Source: a virus (Duplodnaviria; Caudoviricetes). From it: a stretch of 64,000 bases of DNA. The stretch lies in IMG/VR virus record IMGVR_UViG_3300026549_000037, positions 105,638 to 169,637 of that record; one strand, written 5' to 3'. Numbering within the stretch: position 1 is the stretch's first letter; each line of letters begins with the position of its first letter. Under the pieces are notes generated by a model that made no database searches, had not been told where the DNA came from, and saw only the letters and a program-made list of their open reading frames with translations. Shown piece after piece: positions 9,613 through 19,691 of this stretch. Made by a program: the position numbers and the translations under genes.

Positions 9613-10109
9613 ATTCTTTTACTATCAAACATATTACAGGTAATGTTCTTGATTCTGATGCTCCTATCATTGCACATCAAGTTAATTGCCAAGGCGTAAT
9701 GGGAGCAGGAGTAGCAAAGTGTATTCGTGAAAAATACCCTGACATTATGTTCACTTATTCCAGATGGTGTAAAAATTATCAACCTCAATATCTTCTCGGG
9801 CAGGTACTTGATTATTGCACAGATAAAAATCAAATTATCGCAAATTGTTTTGCGCAAAATAAAACAGGTTCAGGTCGTATGACTGATTATGAAGCTTTTT
9901 ATTGTTGCCTCGAAAACCTCAAAAAGGGAATTAAGTATTATGGTTTTGAACACCGAATTGCTTTTCCTTATAAGATTGGCTGTGGTCTTGGAGGAGGAGA
10001 CTGGGATGTTATCTTAGCTATGATTAAGTCCGTTTTTGGTCACGATGGTGACTATACCATTGAGTTTTGGTCTCTTGACGAATTCGATGTAATTCCAGTA
10101 GTATGCTAA
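9609..10109 (+). CDS. Macro-domain protein (TARG1/DarG-like ADP-ribose hydrolase)
   Basis: IAHQVNCQGVMGAGVA and PYKIGCGLGGGDW. Confidence 0.88.
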   Translation: MNSFTIKHITGNVLDSDAPIIAHQVNCQGVMGAGVAKCIREKYPDIMFTYSRWCKNYQPQYLLGQVLDYCTDKNQIIANCFAQNKTGSGRMTDYEAFYCCLENLKKGIKYYGFEHRIAFPYKIGCGLGGGDWDVILAMIKSVFGHDGDYTIEFWSLDEFDVIPVVC

Positions 10110-10157
10110 GTAGTTCTTTATGATAAAAGAGGTTTAGAGATTTTTTCTCTAAACCTC

Positions 10158-10186
10158 TTGACATTTATATATGAGTATGCTATTAT
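10158..10186 (+). promoter_or_regulatory. sigma-A promoter overlapping an upstream hairpin
   Basis: TTGACA-17-TATTAT; aagaggtttagaga/tctctaaacctctt hairpin just before. Confidence 0.75.
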
Positions 10187-10206
10187 AAGTATACAACTTA
10201 AGGAGG

Positions 10207-10395
10207 TTGAACAAAATGACAGAGGAAAATCGTATTTATTGTGCCTATGACACCCTGAATCCTACTATCAATCCTGATGGTTCTGAAAAGCATTGGTGCT
10301 CTCATTACGGCAGTTATGTTTGTAAGGGCTGTGACCATCGGTTTGATGGAGACCGCATTAAGAAGTATATGGAAGACCATCCAAAGGAGCATTAA
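10207..10395 (+). CDS. small Cys/His protein
   Basis: AAGGAGG RBS. Confidence 0.6.
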   Translation: MNKMTEENRIYCAYDTLNPTINPDGSEKHWCSHYGSYVCKGCDHRFDGDRIKKYMEDHPKEH

Positions 10396-10397
10396 CT

Positions 10398-11357
10398 ATG
10401 GAAAATAATTGGGTTTCTTACAAAAATGGAAATTATAATGTCCATTTAGACCTCGTTAGCGGAACAAAGATTCGTGAAAATAATCTCACTTTCTTTCAGG
10501 CTGACCGTCCAGAAAATATTGACATTAAGATTACAAATCGCTGTACCAATCCTTGTGGCACAAAAGAATGTCCTAAGAACTGTGAGTTTTGCCATGAAAA
10601 TTCTGGTCCTAATGGCAAGCACTCTGACGCTCTTAACTCTAAGTTCCTTGAGACACTTCCTGAGTGGACAGAGTGCGCTCTCGGTGGCGGAAATGTACTG
10701 GAATATCCCGACCTTGTGCCGCTTCTGTATAAGATGAAAAATCTTCATTTGATTTCCAATATCACTGTTAATCAGAAGCACTTCATGGAAAATCTTTCTC
10801 TTCTGCGCGAGCTTAATAATCAGAAGCTCATTTATGGTCTTGGTATTTCTCTTACTAATCCTTACGAAGAGGGATTTATTGCGGCTGTTAAAAGTTTTCC
10901 TAATGCTGTTATTCATGTGATTAATGGCGTTGTAACTCTTGCACAGCTTTCAGCTCTTGGTTGTAAAGACCTTAAGATTCTGATTCTTGGCTATAAGGAA
11001 GTTCGTCGTGGTGTAGCATATAAGGCTGATGTAGACCACATGGTTGAATTCCGTAAAAATCGACTTTACGCAAGTCTTCCGTTTATCGCAGAACATAATT
11101 GGTTCAAGACAATTTCTTTTGACAATCTTGCCATTGAGCAACTTGAACCTAAGCGTTTCCTGAGTGATGAATTCTATCAGGAACATTATCTTGGTTGTGA
11201 TGGAATTGATGGTGAAACTCAGACTTCCGCTTCGTATTATGTTGACCTTGTGGAAAATGTATTTGCTCGTAATTCTTGTGATGTAAACCATCGCTATCCA
11301 CTTGAAAACCATACTGCTACGGAGTGTTATCAACTTCTCCGCGACAATAAAATCTAA
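10398..11357 (+). CDS. Radical SAM protein
   Basis: DIKITNRC...CPKNCEFCHE (CxxxCxxC); ALGGGN; NITVNQ. Confidence 0.88.
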   Translation: MENNWVSYKNGNYNVHLDLVSGTKIRENNLTFFQADRPENIDIKITNRCTNPCGTKECPKNCEFCHENSGPNGKHSDALNSKFLETLPEWTECALGGGNVLEYPDLVPLLYKMKNLHLISNITVNQKHFMENLSLLRELNNQKLIYGLGISLTNPYEEGFIAAVKSFPNAVIHVINGVVTLAQLSALGCKDLKILILGYKEVRRGVAYKADVDHMVEFRKNRLYASLPFIAEHNWFKTISFDNLAIEQLEPKRFLSDEFYQEHYLGCDGIDGETQTSASYYVDLVENVFARNSCDVNHRYPLENHTATECYQLLRDNKI

Positions 11358-11548
11358 CGGGGGGAAAATAAAATGAGTTTACTTGGATTTGGCTCTCCTT
11401 TTGCAGACATTTTCATGGCTATGACAATGGATAACCGCTTTAACGAGCCAAAAGATAATTTTGGTATTCCCTCTACTCCTGATGTTTGGGATGAAGAGGA
11501 ACTTGACAACGATTATTTTTCAGATTACGAAAGCGAGGAAGATTTTTA

Positions 11549-12175
11549 ATGTATATTCTTTTTGACCCTAACACCAACGATTATGTTTGTCGAGCTTCAA
11601 ACGGGGGATATAATATCTGTAAAGGAATTTCTCAGTCTGCCTTATTTTCTACTGAAAAGGGTGCTCTAAACATCCTTAATAACGGTGGCATTCCAAAACT
11701 GATTGCTTCAAAGCATACCTTTAAGCCTACTCGCGTTACCACAAAGTCTGGTAAGGCATATAAAATTATCAATCCTGCCGAACCTGCTCCTATTAAGGCT
11801 TTTGATTTCTCTGCCCCAGAGGAAATCCGCAAGGCTGCTGATTATCTTGGTCGAGTAATGGAAGACGCTGCTGGACTTTCTCTTTCTATTGCTAATATGG
11901 ACAGAGAAATTAGCGATATTCAGCACTACATTGAAACCAAGCCGCTTAATGCCGCACAGCGTAGTCATATCTTCAAGATTTATCGAGAAAAGTTGGCAGA
12001 ACGTAGGCTTTATAAAAATCTTCAAGATATTACTTCTACAATGGAAAACGCTCATATCAGCGAAAAGAATCTTAAGAATATCGTACATTCAGTTGATGGT
12101 CTTGATACAAAGACATATTCGCCTCGTAGCGCCTTTGGCGAAATTTTGTTCGGTGTAAAGAAAGTGGAGGAATAA
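11549..12175 (+). CDS. hypothetical protein (coiled-coil, DIQHYIE motif)
   Basis: 208-aa ORF with RBS. Confidence 0.7.
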   Translation: MYILFDPNTNDYVCRASNGGYNICKGISQSALFSTEKGALNILNNGGIPKLIASKHTFKPTRVTTKSGKAYKIINPAEPAPIKAFDFSAPEEIRKAADYLGRVMEDAAGLSLSIANMDREISDIQHYIETKPLNAAQRSHIFKIYREKLAERRLYKNLQDITSTMENAHISEKNLKNIVHSVDGLDTKTYSPRSAFGEILFGVKKVEE

Positions 12176-12326
12176 TTATGGTTCTTATGACTAATGACCA
12201 GATGAAAGCACTTCTTAGTGCAATGCTTAACGGACTTCTGGAAGATTCTGAATTTACACGCAAAGATATGTGTGATATTCTTGAAGACCTCGCTGACGAA
12301 TTTCGTTATTAAGAAAGGAGTATATT

Positions 12327-13106
12327 ATGGGATATTGGGACCCGCCTGAGTATTTTGATGAAGCAAAGTTTCCTGAAATTGATGCTGAAACTGATACTCT
12401 TATTGAGCATTTAGTTGGAGCAATTAAAGAGGAATATAAAGACAAGATTGCGAAAGAATCTGACGCTTATCAAGACCTTAAAGCAAGTTATGACAGCTTG
12501 CGTAGAGAACTAACAAATAAAAACAGTGACCTTTTAGCTAAAGATGGGCTAATTGAAACTCTCAATAAAGAATTAGCTAAAAAGAAAACGGAACACCCCT
12601 CTTTTAAGTTTAATATCGGAGATACTGTATATTTTTCAAGAGTTGCTTATAATTCAGAAAAAAAGGTTTTCTGTCCTCGTTGTGGGGGAAAGGGATGTAT
12701 CACACTTGATGTTAAAACTAATAATCTTCCTGCTGACATTACAGACCCTGTAACATACATTTGTCCAGACTGTAGAAATTCTACTGAAAGCTACCTTTAT
12801 AATAAGGCGAAGCATTTTAGGGAATATCGTTATTACAACTATTACGTTGAAAAGGGAAAAGTTCTCAAAATTGAGTACGTTATTGGCGAAAATGAAACCT
12901 CGACGCGATATTTTGTTAAGTCTGCAACACAAACATCTTCTTATTCTTTTGCTGAACAAGATTTATATGAAACCTTTGAGCAAGCCTCTCCCGCAGCACA
13001 ATGTGATAAGGAGCTTTCTTATATCGAAGCTTGCAATAAAGTTGGCATTGCTCCAAATTTGATTAATAAAGAGGCTTCTTCCGATGTTAAACTTACAGCC
13101 CTGTAA
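12327..13106 (+). CDS. coiled-coil protein with DnaJ-type CxxCxGxG Zn motif
   Basis: CPRCGGKG, CPDC. Confidence 0.7.
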   Translation: MGYWDPPEYFDEAKFPEIDAETDTLIEHLVGAIKEEYKDKIAKESDAYQDLKASYDSLRRELTNKNSDLLAKDGLIETLNKELAKKKTEHPSFKFNIGDTVYFSRVAYNSEKKVFCPRCGGKGCITLDVKTNNLPADITDPVTYICPDCRNSTESYLYNKAKHFREYRYYNYYVEKGKVLKIEYVIGENETSTRYFVKSATQTSSYSFAEQDLYETFEQASPAAQCDKELSYIEACNKVGIAPNLINKEASSDVKLTAL

Positions 13107-13347
13107 ATATTGCGGTAAGACTCCAAAAGTGTCTCCATTGGTGACACGAGCAATTTTAAAACAGGTTCAAAGCAATTCAAAGTCAAAGATTTTTAAAATG
13201 CAGATTGAAAGAATTGAAGTCCCTGTTTTTTACACCGTTCAATGTCAGAATAATAAATGCAAGAACCACTTGCACAAATTCCCCAATAAAATGATTTCTG
13301 AGGATTCTATAAATGGAGCTATTCTAAAATGGAATCAGCAAAATTAA
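13084..13347 (+). CDS. Lar-like Zn-ribbon protein
   Basis: LQPCKYCG...C..C...AILKWN. Confidence 0.55.
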   Translation: MLNLQPCKYCGKTPKVSPLVTRAILKQVQSNSKSKIFKMQIERIEVPVFYTVQCQNNKCKNHLHKFPNKMISEDSINGAILKWNQQN

Positions 13348-13625
13348 ATTCTTTCTTTTTTGTAGGTAAAGACCCTTCTGAAAACCCTCATATCGGAGAT
13401 ATTTGGCGTAGTGGTGGAATAGGAAACTCAATGATGGTTTGGACAGAAAATGGAGCAGTTGAAATTGGTGACATACCAAGTTCTTTGGATTACGATTATT
13501 CTCCTATGACAGACAAATTGGAATATCCTACTCATTGTCCTTCTTGTGGAGCACCAGTTAATTCTTCTCGCCGCAAATGTGAATATTGTGGAGTAGAATA
13601 CAGAAAAATTTCTTACAAAAGTTAA
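13329..13625 (+). CDS. Zn-ribbon protein
   Basis: CPSCGAP...CEYCG. Confidence 0.65.
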   Translation: MESAKLNSFFFVGKDPSENPHIGDIWRSGGIGNSMMVWTENGAVEIGDIPSSLDYDYSPMTDKLEYPTHCPSCGAPVNSSRRKCEYCGVEYRKISYKS

Positions 13626-13638
13626 TAAATAATTTTTT

Positions 13639-13702
13639 AATCTCCCTTGACAGGTGCGTAAAACCGTGTTATACTAACGGTAGTAAACCATCAAGGGAGG
13701 TT
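13639..13702 (+). promoter_or_regulatory. sigma-A promoter enclosed in an inverted repeat that includes the RBS
   Basis: TTGACA 13647, TATACT 13670; aatctcccttga / tcaagggaggtt. Confidence 0.8.
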
Positions 13703-13707
13703 ATTTT

Positions 13708-14268
13708 ATAAATATTCTTTTTCTCGATTATGATGGAGTAGTAAACACTCCTCAATGGCGTCCTCATCCAGCAGACCCTTCCAGAATGCTTTGTACTTAT
13801 AACTTCCCCCGTGATAACAAGGTAAATGATTTCCAATGTGTTCAATGGATTTCTGAGTTTTGTCAAAAGTATAATTATCATATTGTAGTTTCATCTTCTT
13901 GGAGATGGGAAGACAATTACAAGGAATGTCTCATCAATGGCGGACTTAGACAGGGAATTAAAATTCTTGGAAAGACCCCAGATTATTCAAGATACTATGG
14001 AGCTACACGAGGAGATGAGATTCAAGCGTGGCTTGATATTCATCACGAAGAAAACATTAACTTTCTTATTGTAGATGATACTTGCGAAGAGGATTTTGAA
14101 GTCCACAAATGGGATTGGGAAAACAATAAAATTACTGGCTTGGATAAATTCCAAACGCTTAAGCTCCAAGACAGATTTATTCAAACCAATACACTGATTG
14201 GATTTAGAGAGCCAAGCTTCCACTATGCAGAGCAGATTCATCAAGCTTTTAACGCAAATAAGAACTAA
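13708..14268 (+). CDS. HAD-family phosphatase (Swiss-Army-knife RNA-repair type); apparent ATA start
   Basis: (M)NILFLDYDGVVN motif I lies in frame upstream of the first ATG; VVSSSWR, RGDEI, IVDD. Confidence 0.8.
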   Translation: MNILFLDYDGVVNTPQWRPHPADPSRMLCTYNFPRDNKVNDFQCVQWISEFCQKYNYHIVVSSSWRWEDNYKECLINGGLRQGIKILGKTPDYSRYYGATRGDEIQAWLDIHHEENINFLIVDDTCEEDFEVHKWDWENNKITGLDKFQTLKLQDRFIQTNTLIGFREPSFHYAEQIHQAFNANKN

Positions 14269-14301
14269 AACAAACCAAAAAAATAAAAGGAGATTTTTAT
14301 T

Positions 14302-14679
14302 ATGTTGCCTGTAAGTGTCGATGGAGTGATTTGGCTGACCACGAATTACACCGCATATAACACACCAATTATTGTTGGTGTCCTTGAGTATGCTTTATTG
14401 GCATTAAGCTTTTGTGTTGCGTTAATAGCAACTTTCTTCTGGTTTAGTTTTAAAGAAAAGTGTTTAACGCTATATTTAATCGCGATTTTTGTATGCTGTA
14501 TGATTTCATTTTTAGCTATTTACCACGGCGATAAGAAAAACCGAGAAAATTTTATCCCTGAACCTATTTCTTATGTAGTGTACATTGAAGATAATGCAGA
14601 TTACAAAACGCTTATCCAAAATTATACTATTGAATCCGAGCAAGATAATCTCACAACTATTGTTCTAAAGGAGAATTAA
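14302..14679 (+). CDS. membrane protein (2 TM)
   Basis: RBS; hydrophobic segments; similar to 15427. Confidence 0.7.
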   Translation: MLPVSVDGVIWLTTNYTAYNTPIIVGVLEYALLALSFCVALIATFFWFSFKEKCLTLYLIAIFVCCMISFLAIYHGDKKNRENFIPEPISYVVYIEDNADYKTLIQNYTIESEQDNLTTIVLKEN

Positions 14680-14680
14680 A

Positions 14681-15427
14681 ATGACAAATTATCTATATGA
14701 AAACATTCGAAAAATTCCTGCAAATCTAACGTGTGGTGATTTGATAGATTTGCGTCAATATTTGATTGATGCTGTAAATTGTTACCATAATATTTCACGT
14801 CAAGACAAACAGGCCATTGGAGGACAAATCTTCGCTAAATTTGAATATAAAATTTTTAAGGCTGTTAATTCTTATCTTGAGACGATGGACTCTCATTCTG
14901 ATGATATTACCAATAATCTCGAAACTGATAAGCACCTAACAGATACAACCAACAATCCATGGTCTACTTCCCCACAAATCCCCACTATTATCCACAACGT
15001 CAATGAATTTGGCCATACTCCTAAACGCAATTCTACTCCTAAACTAAGACATATTCTTACTGATGCGGCAAAAAAAGACATTAAGTCGCTGGCAAATCTT
15101 TCTCGAATGTTTTGCAATTGGGCTAAAAATGCGAGTTTGGATAGGTCTCCTACCAATTTCTGTCTTGAATATTATGGCGTAAAGATGGAAGTCTCTTTTG
15201 CTGTAAACGATGCTGCTGTCTATTTGCGTTTCGAAGGTCTTAATACAATCAACAAATTCTATTCATTCCGTTGTAGTCCAAGTGTAAAGCATAAATCTTT
15301 CTCGCGTGAATTTTGGAGCACTTATCGTAGACGCATGACCAAGACTATCGCAAAGGTTATGCGAGATATTGATAATAATCCTAACAATTGGTCTTACATG
15401 GAAGTTAAAAGGGGAGATTTGGATTAA
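14681..15427 (+). CDS. hypothetical protein
   Basis: 248-aa ORF with RBS. Confidence 0.7.
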   Translation: MTNYLYENIRKIPANLTCGDLIDLRQYLIDAVNCYHNISRQDKQAIGGQIFAKFEYKIFKAVNSYLETMDSHSDDITNNLETDKHLTDTTNNPWSTSPQIPTIIHNVNEFGHTPKRNSTPKLRHILTDAAKKDIKSLANLSRMFCNWAKNASLDRSPTNFCLEYYGVKMEVSFAVNDAAVYLRFEGLNTINKFYSFRCSPSVKHKSFSREFWSTYRRRMTKTIAKVMRDIDNNPNNWSYMEVKRGDLD

Positions 15428-15792
15428 TGAACGATTTTGCTATTCAGGGCGTAACTATTTTAGGCACAGAAATATCCAATCACGTTTTTGCTCTATCGCT
15501 TCTTTTTATTTTTTCGTTTCTTTCTTTAGGCCTTTTTGTTCTTGTGTGCGCAGGTATTTCTGATAAGGAATATCTTGCTGCTGTTATTTGTTCTTTATTG
15601 TGTATGATGTCAATATTTATAGCATTTTTAGCTTATAAAGACTGGAAAGCCCCACCAGAAACTATTTATACAATTTCCATTGATGATACAGCGAGTTATA
15701 ATGAAATAAAAAACAACTTTTATTACATTCGTGAACTTCCAAATGGTCTATATGAAGTTAAACTAACAGAAAATAATTCTCAAAATGACTAA
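15427..15792 (+). CDS. membrane protein (2 TM)
   Basis: overlapping stop/start; hydrophobic segments. Confidence 0.7.
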   Translation: MNDFAIQGVTILGTEISNHVFALSLLFIFSFLSLGLFVLVCAGISDKEYLAAVICSLLCMMSIFIAFLAYKDWKAPPETIYTISIDDTASYNEIKNNFYYIRELPNGLYEVKLTENNSQND

Positions 15793-16204
15793 AAATCGAA
15801 GAAGATTCTATCACAATTTGTTCCATTTGTCTCCCATTCCCAATTTAACAGTTCTTACTCCTCGTATTCCAGAAGCGGCGTATTGGGGTTACGAAGATAA
15901 AAAACAAAAAAGAGTATGTTTTTCTACTTCAATTAAAAGATGTTTAATTGCTTTATCAGATTGTAATGGGCAATATTATGTGTATATCCCTGTAAATCAG
16001 CACAAAGCTTACAGTCCAACACCAACAGAAGTTGTTGATGTAAGTGAGACAAGCGAAAAATGGATTACTCGCCCAGTTAAAGTTAAATGTATAGGGGCTA
16101 TTGTTCCTACCACATATACCGTGCAAGAAGTTTACTTCCCCATACATGATGAAACTCTTGGTATATTTACTTATGGCTGGAAATGGATAGAGAAATATAA
16201 TTAA
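15785..16204 (+). CDS. phage protein, possibly ADP-ribosyltransferase-like fold
   Basis: LFHLS..LTPRIP..RVCFSTSI..CL..E.WI pattern; fold call tentative. Confidence 0.45.
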   Translation: MTKNRRRFYHNLFHLSPIPNLTVLTPRIPEAAYWGYEDKKQKRVCFSTSIKRCLIALSDCNGQYYVYIPVNQHKAYSPTPTEVVDVSETSEKWITRPVKVKCIGAIVPTTYTVQEVYFPIHDETLGIFTYGWKWIEKYN

Positions 16205-16211
16205 TAAACTC

Positions 16212-16265
16212 TTGACAAACCTCTATTTTTATGGTAAGATAATCTCAAACCAAAGAATAGAGGTT
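16212..16265 (+). promoter_or_regulatory. sigma-A promoter with inverted repeat covering the RBS
   Basis: TTGACA-17-TAAGAT; aaacctctatt / aatagaggttt. Confidence 0.7.
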
Positions 16266-16449
16266 TTGTTTATGACCGCTCCTAATAACATTTGTATTTA
16301 CGCCGACCCTTTCCCCGATGGGGAGCTTCATTGTTTGGCATATTCAGAAGCGAAGTATCCTAACGGAAAAATGAATTTGCATTTTCCTGTTTGCTCTAAA
16401 AAGAATTGCCCTTTAAAGAATCCTAAACTTTTAAACGGAGGTAGTCTTA

Positions 16450-16785
16450 ATGTCCGATAAGAGAGAACTGTCTGGTTGGCTTGCTCCTAATGGGGATTTT
16501 ACTCCTGTGTTTTGGAGAGGACAGGATGAAATGAGTGAACAACTCTGTTCAATGTTGGGTTTGGAAGAATTTTTCTTGCCTGATGAAGAACTCATTAAAA
16601 GAGGTTGGCTTAGAATTAGTTGTGTCACGCTCAATGGTGGACCAATCATTAATATTGGAATGAGAGAAGACACTCATTTTACAGAAAGCCAAAAGAATTT
16701 TCTTCGTCCTTATTTCGAGGATAGGGAGCATTATGAGTTTTTTGCCTATCTCTATGCCATTTGGGAGGAAGAAAATGAGCTCTAA
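16450..16785 (+). CDS. GWLxPxG-family hypothetical (paralog of 17196)
   Basis: GWLAPNGD...L..RGW...TESQK..LRP. Confidence 0.75.
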   Translation: MSDKRELSGWLAPNGDFTPVFWRGQDEMSEQLCSMLGLEEFFLPDEELIKRGWLRISCVTLNGGPIINIGMREDTHFTESQKNFLRPYFEDREHYEFFAYLYAIWEEENEL

Positions 16786-17218
16786 GAAATATAATTCATA
16801 TCTACAAAGAAAAGTTTTAGACTTTCTAACTCTTTCGGAAGGGTGGGGAGGAGAAGATACATTTCCCTTTAATTTTGAATTCGTAAATTTTTGTGCAGCT
16901 ATTGCAGTACATTTGGGTACAAAATATCCTTGGGAATCTTTCCCCACTTATGATAATTCTATTCAATTTAAAATCAATCTATATAACAGGGCTAATCCTG
17001 ACGAATGTGACTTTTATTTTGAATTTGAAATCTATCCAAAAGAAGATACGCTTGGAGAAATTGATAGAATTTCTTATCTTTTTATAAAAGAACAGGAATA
17101 TCAAAATGCTCTTGGTGGATTTCTTGAGCTTAAACCAAACTCTTCTCCCGCTGACATTGCAAATTACTTTAACACTCTTGTAGGAGATTATATTTATGAA
17201 CAAACCAAAAGAATTTAA
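16775..17218 (+). CDS. hypothetical protein
   Basis: RBS; operonic. Confidence 0.7.
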   Translation: MSSKKYNSYLQRKVLDFLTLSEGWGGEDTFPFNFEFVNFCAAIAVHLGTKYPWESFPTYDNSIQFKINLYNRANPDECDFYFEFEIYPKEDTLGEIDRISYLFIKEQEYQNALGGFLELKPNSSPADIANYFNTLVGDYIYEQTKRI

Positions 17219-17546
17219 ATTAGGTTGGCTTTCTCCTGATGGTGAATTAGTAGAATGTCATACCTTTGACCATATTTCTTCTGCCAGCGAAATTTGTGAT
17301 AAGCTTGGTTATTCTTATGCTAATGCAAGAGGAAATGCGCCTGATGATGTTTTGCTTGCTCATGGGTGGTTACATCTAACATATTCTATGCTTGACCATG
17401 AATATAGGATTTATTACGCTTATTTTAATCATGTTAGGCTAACAGAAACACAAAAGGCTTATATTCGTCCTTTCAAGGAAATGGGATATACTTTTGGAGA
17501 CTTGTTTGAGATGACTTGGGAGGAAAATGATGAGGAATTTAATTAA
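17196..17546 (+). CDS. GWLxPxG-family hypothetical (paralog of 16450)
   Basis: GWLSPDGE...L..HGW...TETQK..IRP. Confidence 0.75.
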   Translation: MNKPKEFKLGWLSPDGELVECHTFDHISSASEICDKLGYSYANARGNAPDDVLLAHGWLHLTYSMLDHEYRIYYAYFNHVRLTETQKAYIRPFKEMGYTFGDLFEMTWEENDEEFN

Positions 17547-17901
17547 GAAAATTGCTCTGGCTCTTGTGAGTATTTTCTTTTTTGCATCTCTTTTTTATGG
17601 TTATATGAATTAGAGGAACAAAGACATGGACAACATTATTCATATTCCATTTAGCTACGATATTTGGAAGCCCTCAGAAATGAGGTATTTCATTGATAAA
17701 GAAGCACAACGCTGTTTCAAAAGTGACAATCCAGAAGAAATTCTAAACCGTTCTTATTTTTCTATGTATGTGGAATGGTGGCTGCATAATATCGGCTATT
17801 ACGCAACATATCCTTTGTGTGACGATTTTAATTATTTTTCCAAGCTAAACGAAAGATTTAGAGATGTTGATTTAGAGGAATGGAAAAGGAGTGTTGATTA
17901 A
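17530..17901 (+). CDS. hypothetical protein; N-terminal TM segment joined in frame across TAG 17611 (otherwise starts at 17626)
   Basis: GGAGG RBS, MRNLIKKIALALVSIFFFASLFYGYMN-TAG-RNKDMDNIIHIP... Confidence 0.55.
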
Positions 17902-18423
17902 ATGCTACCAATTCTTGTTATTTTAGCTTGTATAGCCATTCCAATTTGTCTTTATAATTATTTTGAAGATAAAAATAAAGCCATGGGAAATTCTTTGGCT
18001 AACAAAACTCAAAAAATTACTCTTGATGCTATTCGAGCTAAAAGAGATTACGACAAATATTTCTATGAGGCTAATATTGAAAAATGGAAGCAGTCTAAAT
18101 TTTATTGCTTTGTTTTAAAAACAATCCATGATGTAGCCAAAAATGGAGAATCTGGTGTAATTATTAACTATTTAACAGAAAAAAATGTTATTCTTCCGAC
18201 AAAAACAATTTATAATAGTTATGGAGAAGCTATTACACCTTCTGGACACACAGTTCTTTTTCGAGAAATTGATTATCAATTTTCACCTGATGAACTTACT
18301 CATTTCTCTGATACTGATGCTCTTGTGACTTACATTGACGGCTTGATTCGATATTTAAAGAGTGAGCATTTTAACGTCAAAATCCGTCCGAGTTACACCA
18401 ATTCCATTACAATTTCTTGGTAA
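17902..18423 (+). CDS. protein with N-terminal TM anchor
   Basis: RBS; hydrophobic N-terminus. Confidence 0.7.
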   Translation: MLPILVILACIAIPICLYNYFEDKNKAMGNSLANKTQKITLDAIRAKRDYDKYFYEANIEKWKQSKFYCFVLKTIHDVAKNGESGVIINYLTEKNVILPTKTIYNSYGEAITPSGHTVLFREIDYQFSPDELTHFSDTDALVTYIDGLIRYLKSEHFNVKIRPSYTNSITISW

Positions 18424-18449
18424 TTTACAAACTTTTTTATAAAACTCTA

Positions 18450-18502
18450 TTGACAACCTCTTTTGTTTGTGATATTATTATCATAGAAAATCTAAGGAGG
18501 TT
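18450..18502 (+). promoter_or_regulatory. sigma-A promoter with inverted repeat covering the RBS
   Basis: TTGACA-17-TATTAT; aacctctt / aaggaggtt. Confidence 0.7.
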
Positions 18503-18508
18503 ACTTTT

Positions 18509-18688
18509 ATGAAGCTTGATATGAGATTTGGATGGTTGATGCTTCGAGTTTTCGCTTTGATTGTCACAGTATCTTTTCTTTTTAAGAACGGATTTAATTC
18601 TACCTTTATCGGTTACTGTGTAGCTTGCATCCTCACTTGGGTGATTGCTCTTAGGTATGAAAAGAAGATTGCTGTAAAGGAGAATTAA
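18509..18688 (+). CDS. 59-aa two-TM membrane peptide (absent from ORF track)
   Basis: AAGGAGG RBS; MKLDMRFGWLMLRVFALIVTVSFLF... Confidence 0.7.
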   Translation: MKLDMRFGWLMLRVFALIVTVSFLFKNGFNSTFIGYCVACILTWVIALRYEKKIAVKEN

Positions 18689-18689
18689 A

Positions 18690-19328
18690 ATGAATAATTG
18701 GTATTCCGATGCTTTAAAATATGCCAATCGACTCGCTACTAATTCTGGTGGTTGGAAAGAGGGAGAACAGGAAGAAGTAGAAAAGGTTCTCTCTTTTATT
18801 GGCGGTATGCACGATAAGGCAACAGAAGATTCCGAAGAAGATTCTCTTTACAATGTGTTTGAAAATGGTTATTGCTACTATTTTGCACAGATTCTAAACT
18901 TTGCATTTCCTAATGTCGGTCATGTTGTTTGGGTGCGTAATTATGGGCATATCGTTTGGCAAAGCTATTCCACCTCTATTTGCTATGATATTAGCGGAAT
19001 TTATCTTGAATATACAAGCACAGATGATTTAGTTCCTATTGATAGACTCGGACAGCTTTTAAAAGATTTTAAGCACAATGGCGAAGAATATCGTTGCTAC
19101 AATTCAGACTTTAAAACTTGGTGCGACAAATATGGGTTTAAACCTATTTTAGCTGTTACTATTATTTATAAAAATCTACCAGAGCTTAGCGGAAAAAATT
19201 ATTCTGCTTGGGACGAACTTTATTACTACATTGAAGATTCGGCAATCAAGTTTTGGGAAGACTCTAACGCAAACAAAAAAGCTTGTCTTCACTCAATCGA
19301 AGCTGAACTTAGAAAGGGTGAATTTTAA
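18690..19328 (+). CDS. hypothetical protein (possible papain-like C/H/D triad)
   Basis: NGYCYYFA...GHIV...YDISG. Confidence 0.55.
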   Translation: MNNWYSDALKYANRLATNSGGWKEGEQEEVEKVLSFIGGMHDKATEDSEEDSLYNVFENGYCYYFAQILNFAFPNVGHVVWVRNYGHIVWQSYSTSICYDISGIYLEYTSTDDLVPIDRLGQLLKDFKHNGEEYRCYNSDFKTWCDKYGFKPILAVTIIYKNLPELSGKNYSAWDELYYYIEDSAIKFWEDSNANKKACLHSIEAELRKGEF

Positions 19329-19678
19329 TGAAACTTTGGGTTGATGATGTGAGGCCAGCACCAAATATGTATGTCTGGTTAAAAAGTGTTGATGAAGCAA
19401 AAGAATGTATTGAATTTCTGGAAGAACATCTTGCGAAAGTTCGTGAGGAACTTCGTCCTTATAGCGGTAATAATATCGAAATTATCGACATTGACCACGA
19501 TGCAGGAGATTATGTTAGATTTGGTGGAGACTACATCAAACTCCTTGATTGGCTCGAAGAAACTGGTCGCAATTATCCTATCCGTATTCACAGCATGAAT
19601 CCAGTTGGAGTTCAAAATATGCGAAATATTATTCAGCGTAATAATTGGAAAGAAATTCCTTTTGAGGGATTTGACTAA
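19328..19678 (+). CDS. Cyclic-phosphate-processing receiver-like (cREC) domain protein
   Basis: LWVDDVR...IDIDHDAG...IRIHSMNPVG. Confidence 0.75.
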   Translation: MKLWVDDVRPAPNMYVWLKSVDEAKECIEFLEEHLAKVREELRPYSGNNIEIIDIDHDAGDYVRFGGDYIKLLDWLEETGRNYPIRIHSMNPVGVQNMRNIIQRNNWKEIPFEGFD

Positions 19679-19691
19679 AAGGAGGATTAAA

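Noticed and set aside
7653-16271. ORF-track starts at 7653 and 16212
   Set aside because: These TTG codons are the -35 boxes of promoters; RBS-linked ATGs lie downstream (7725, 16272).
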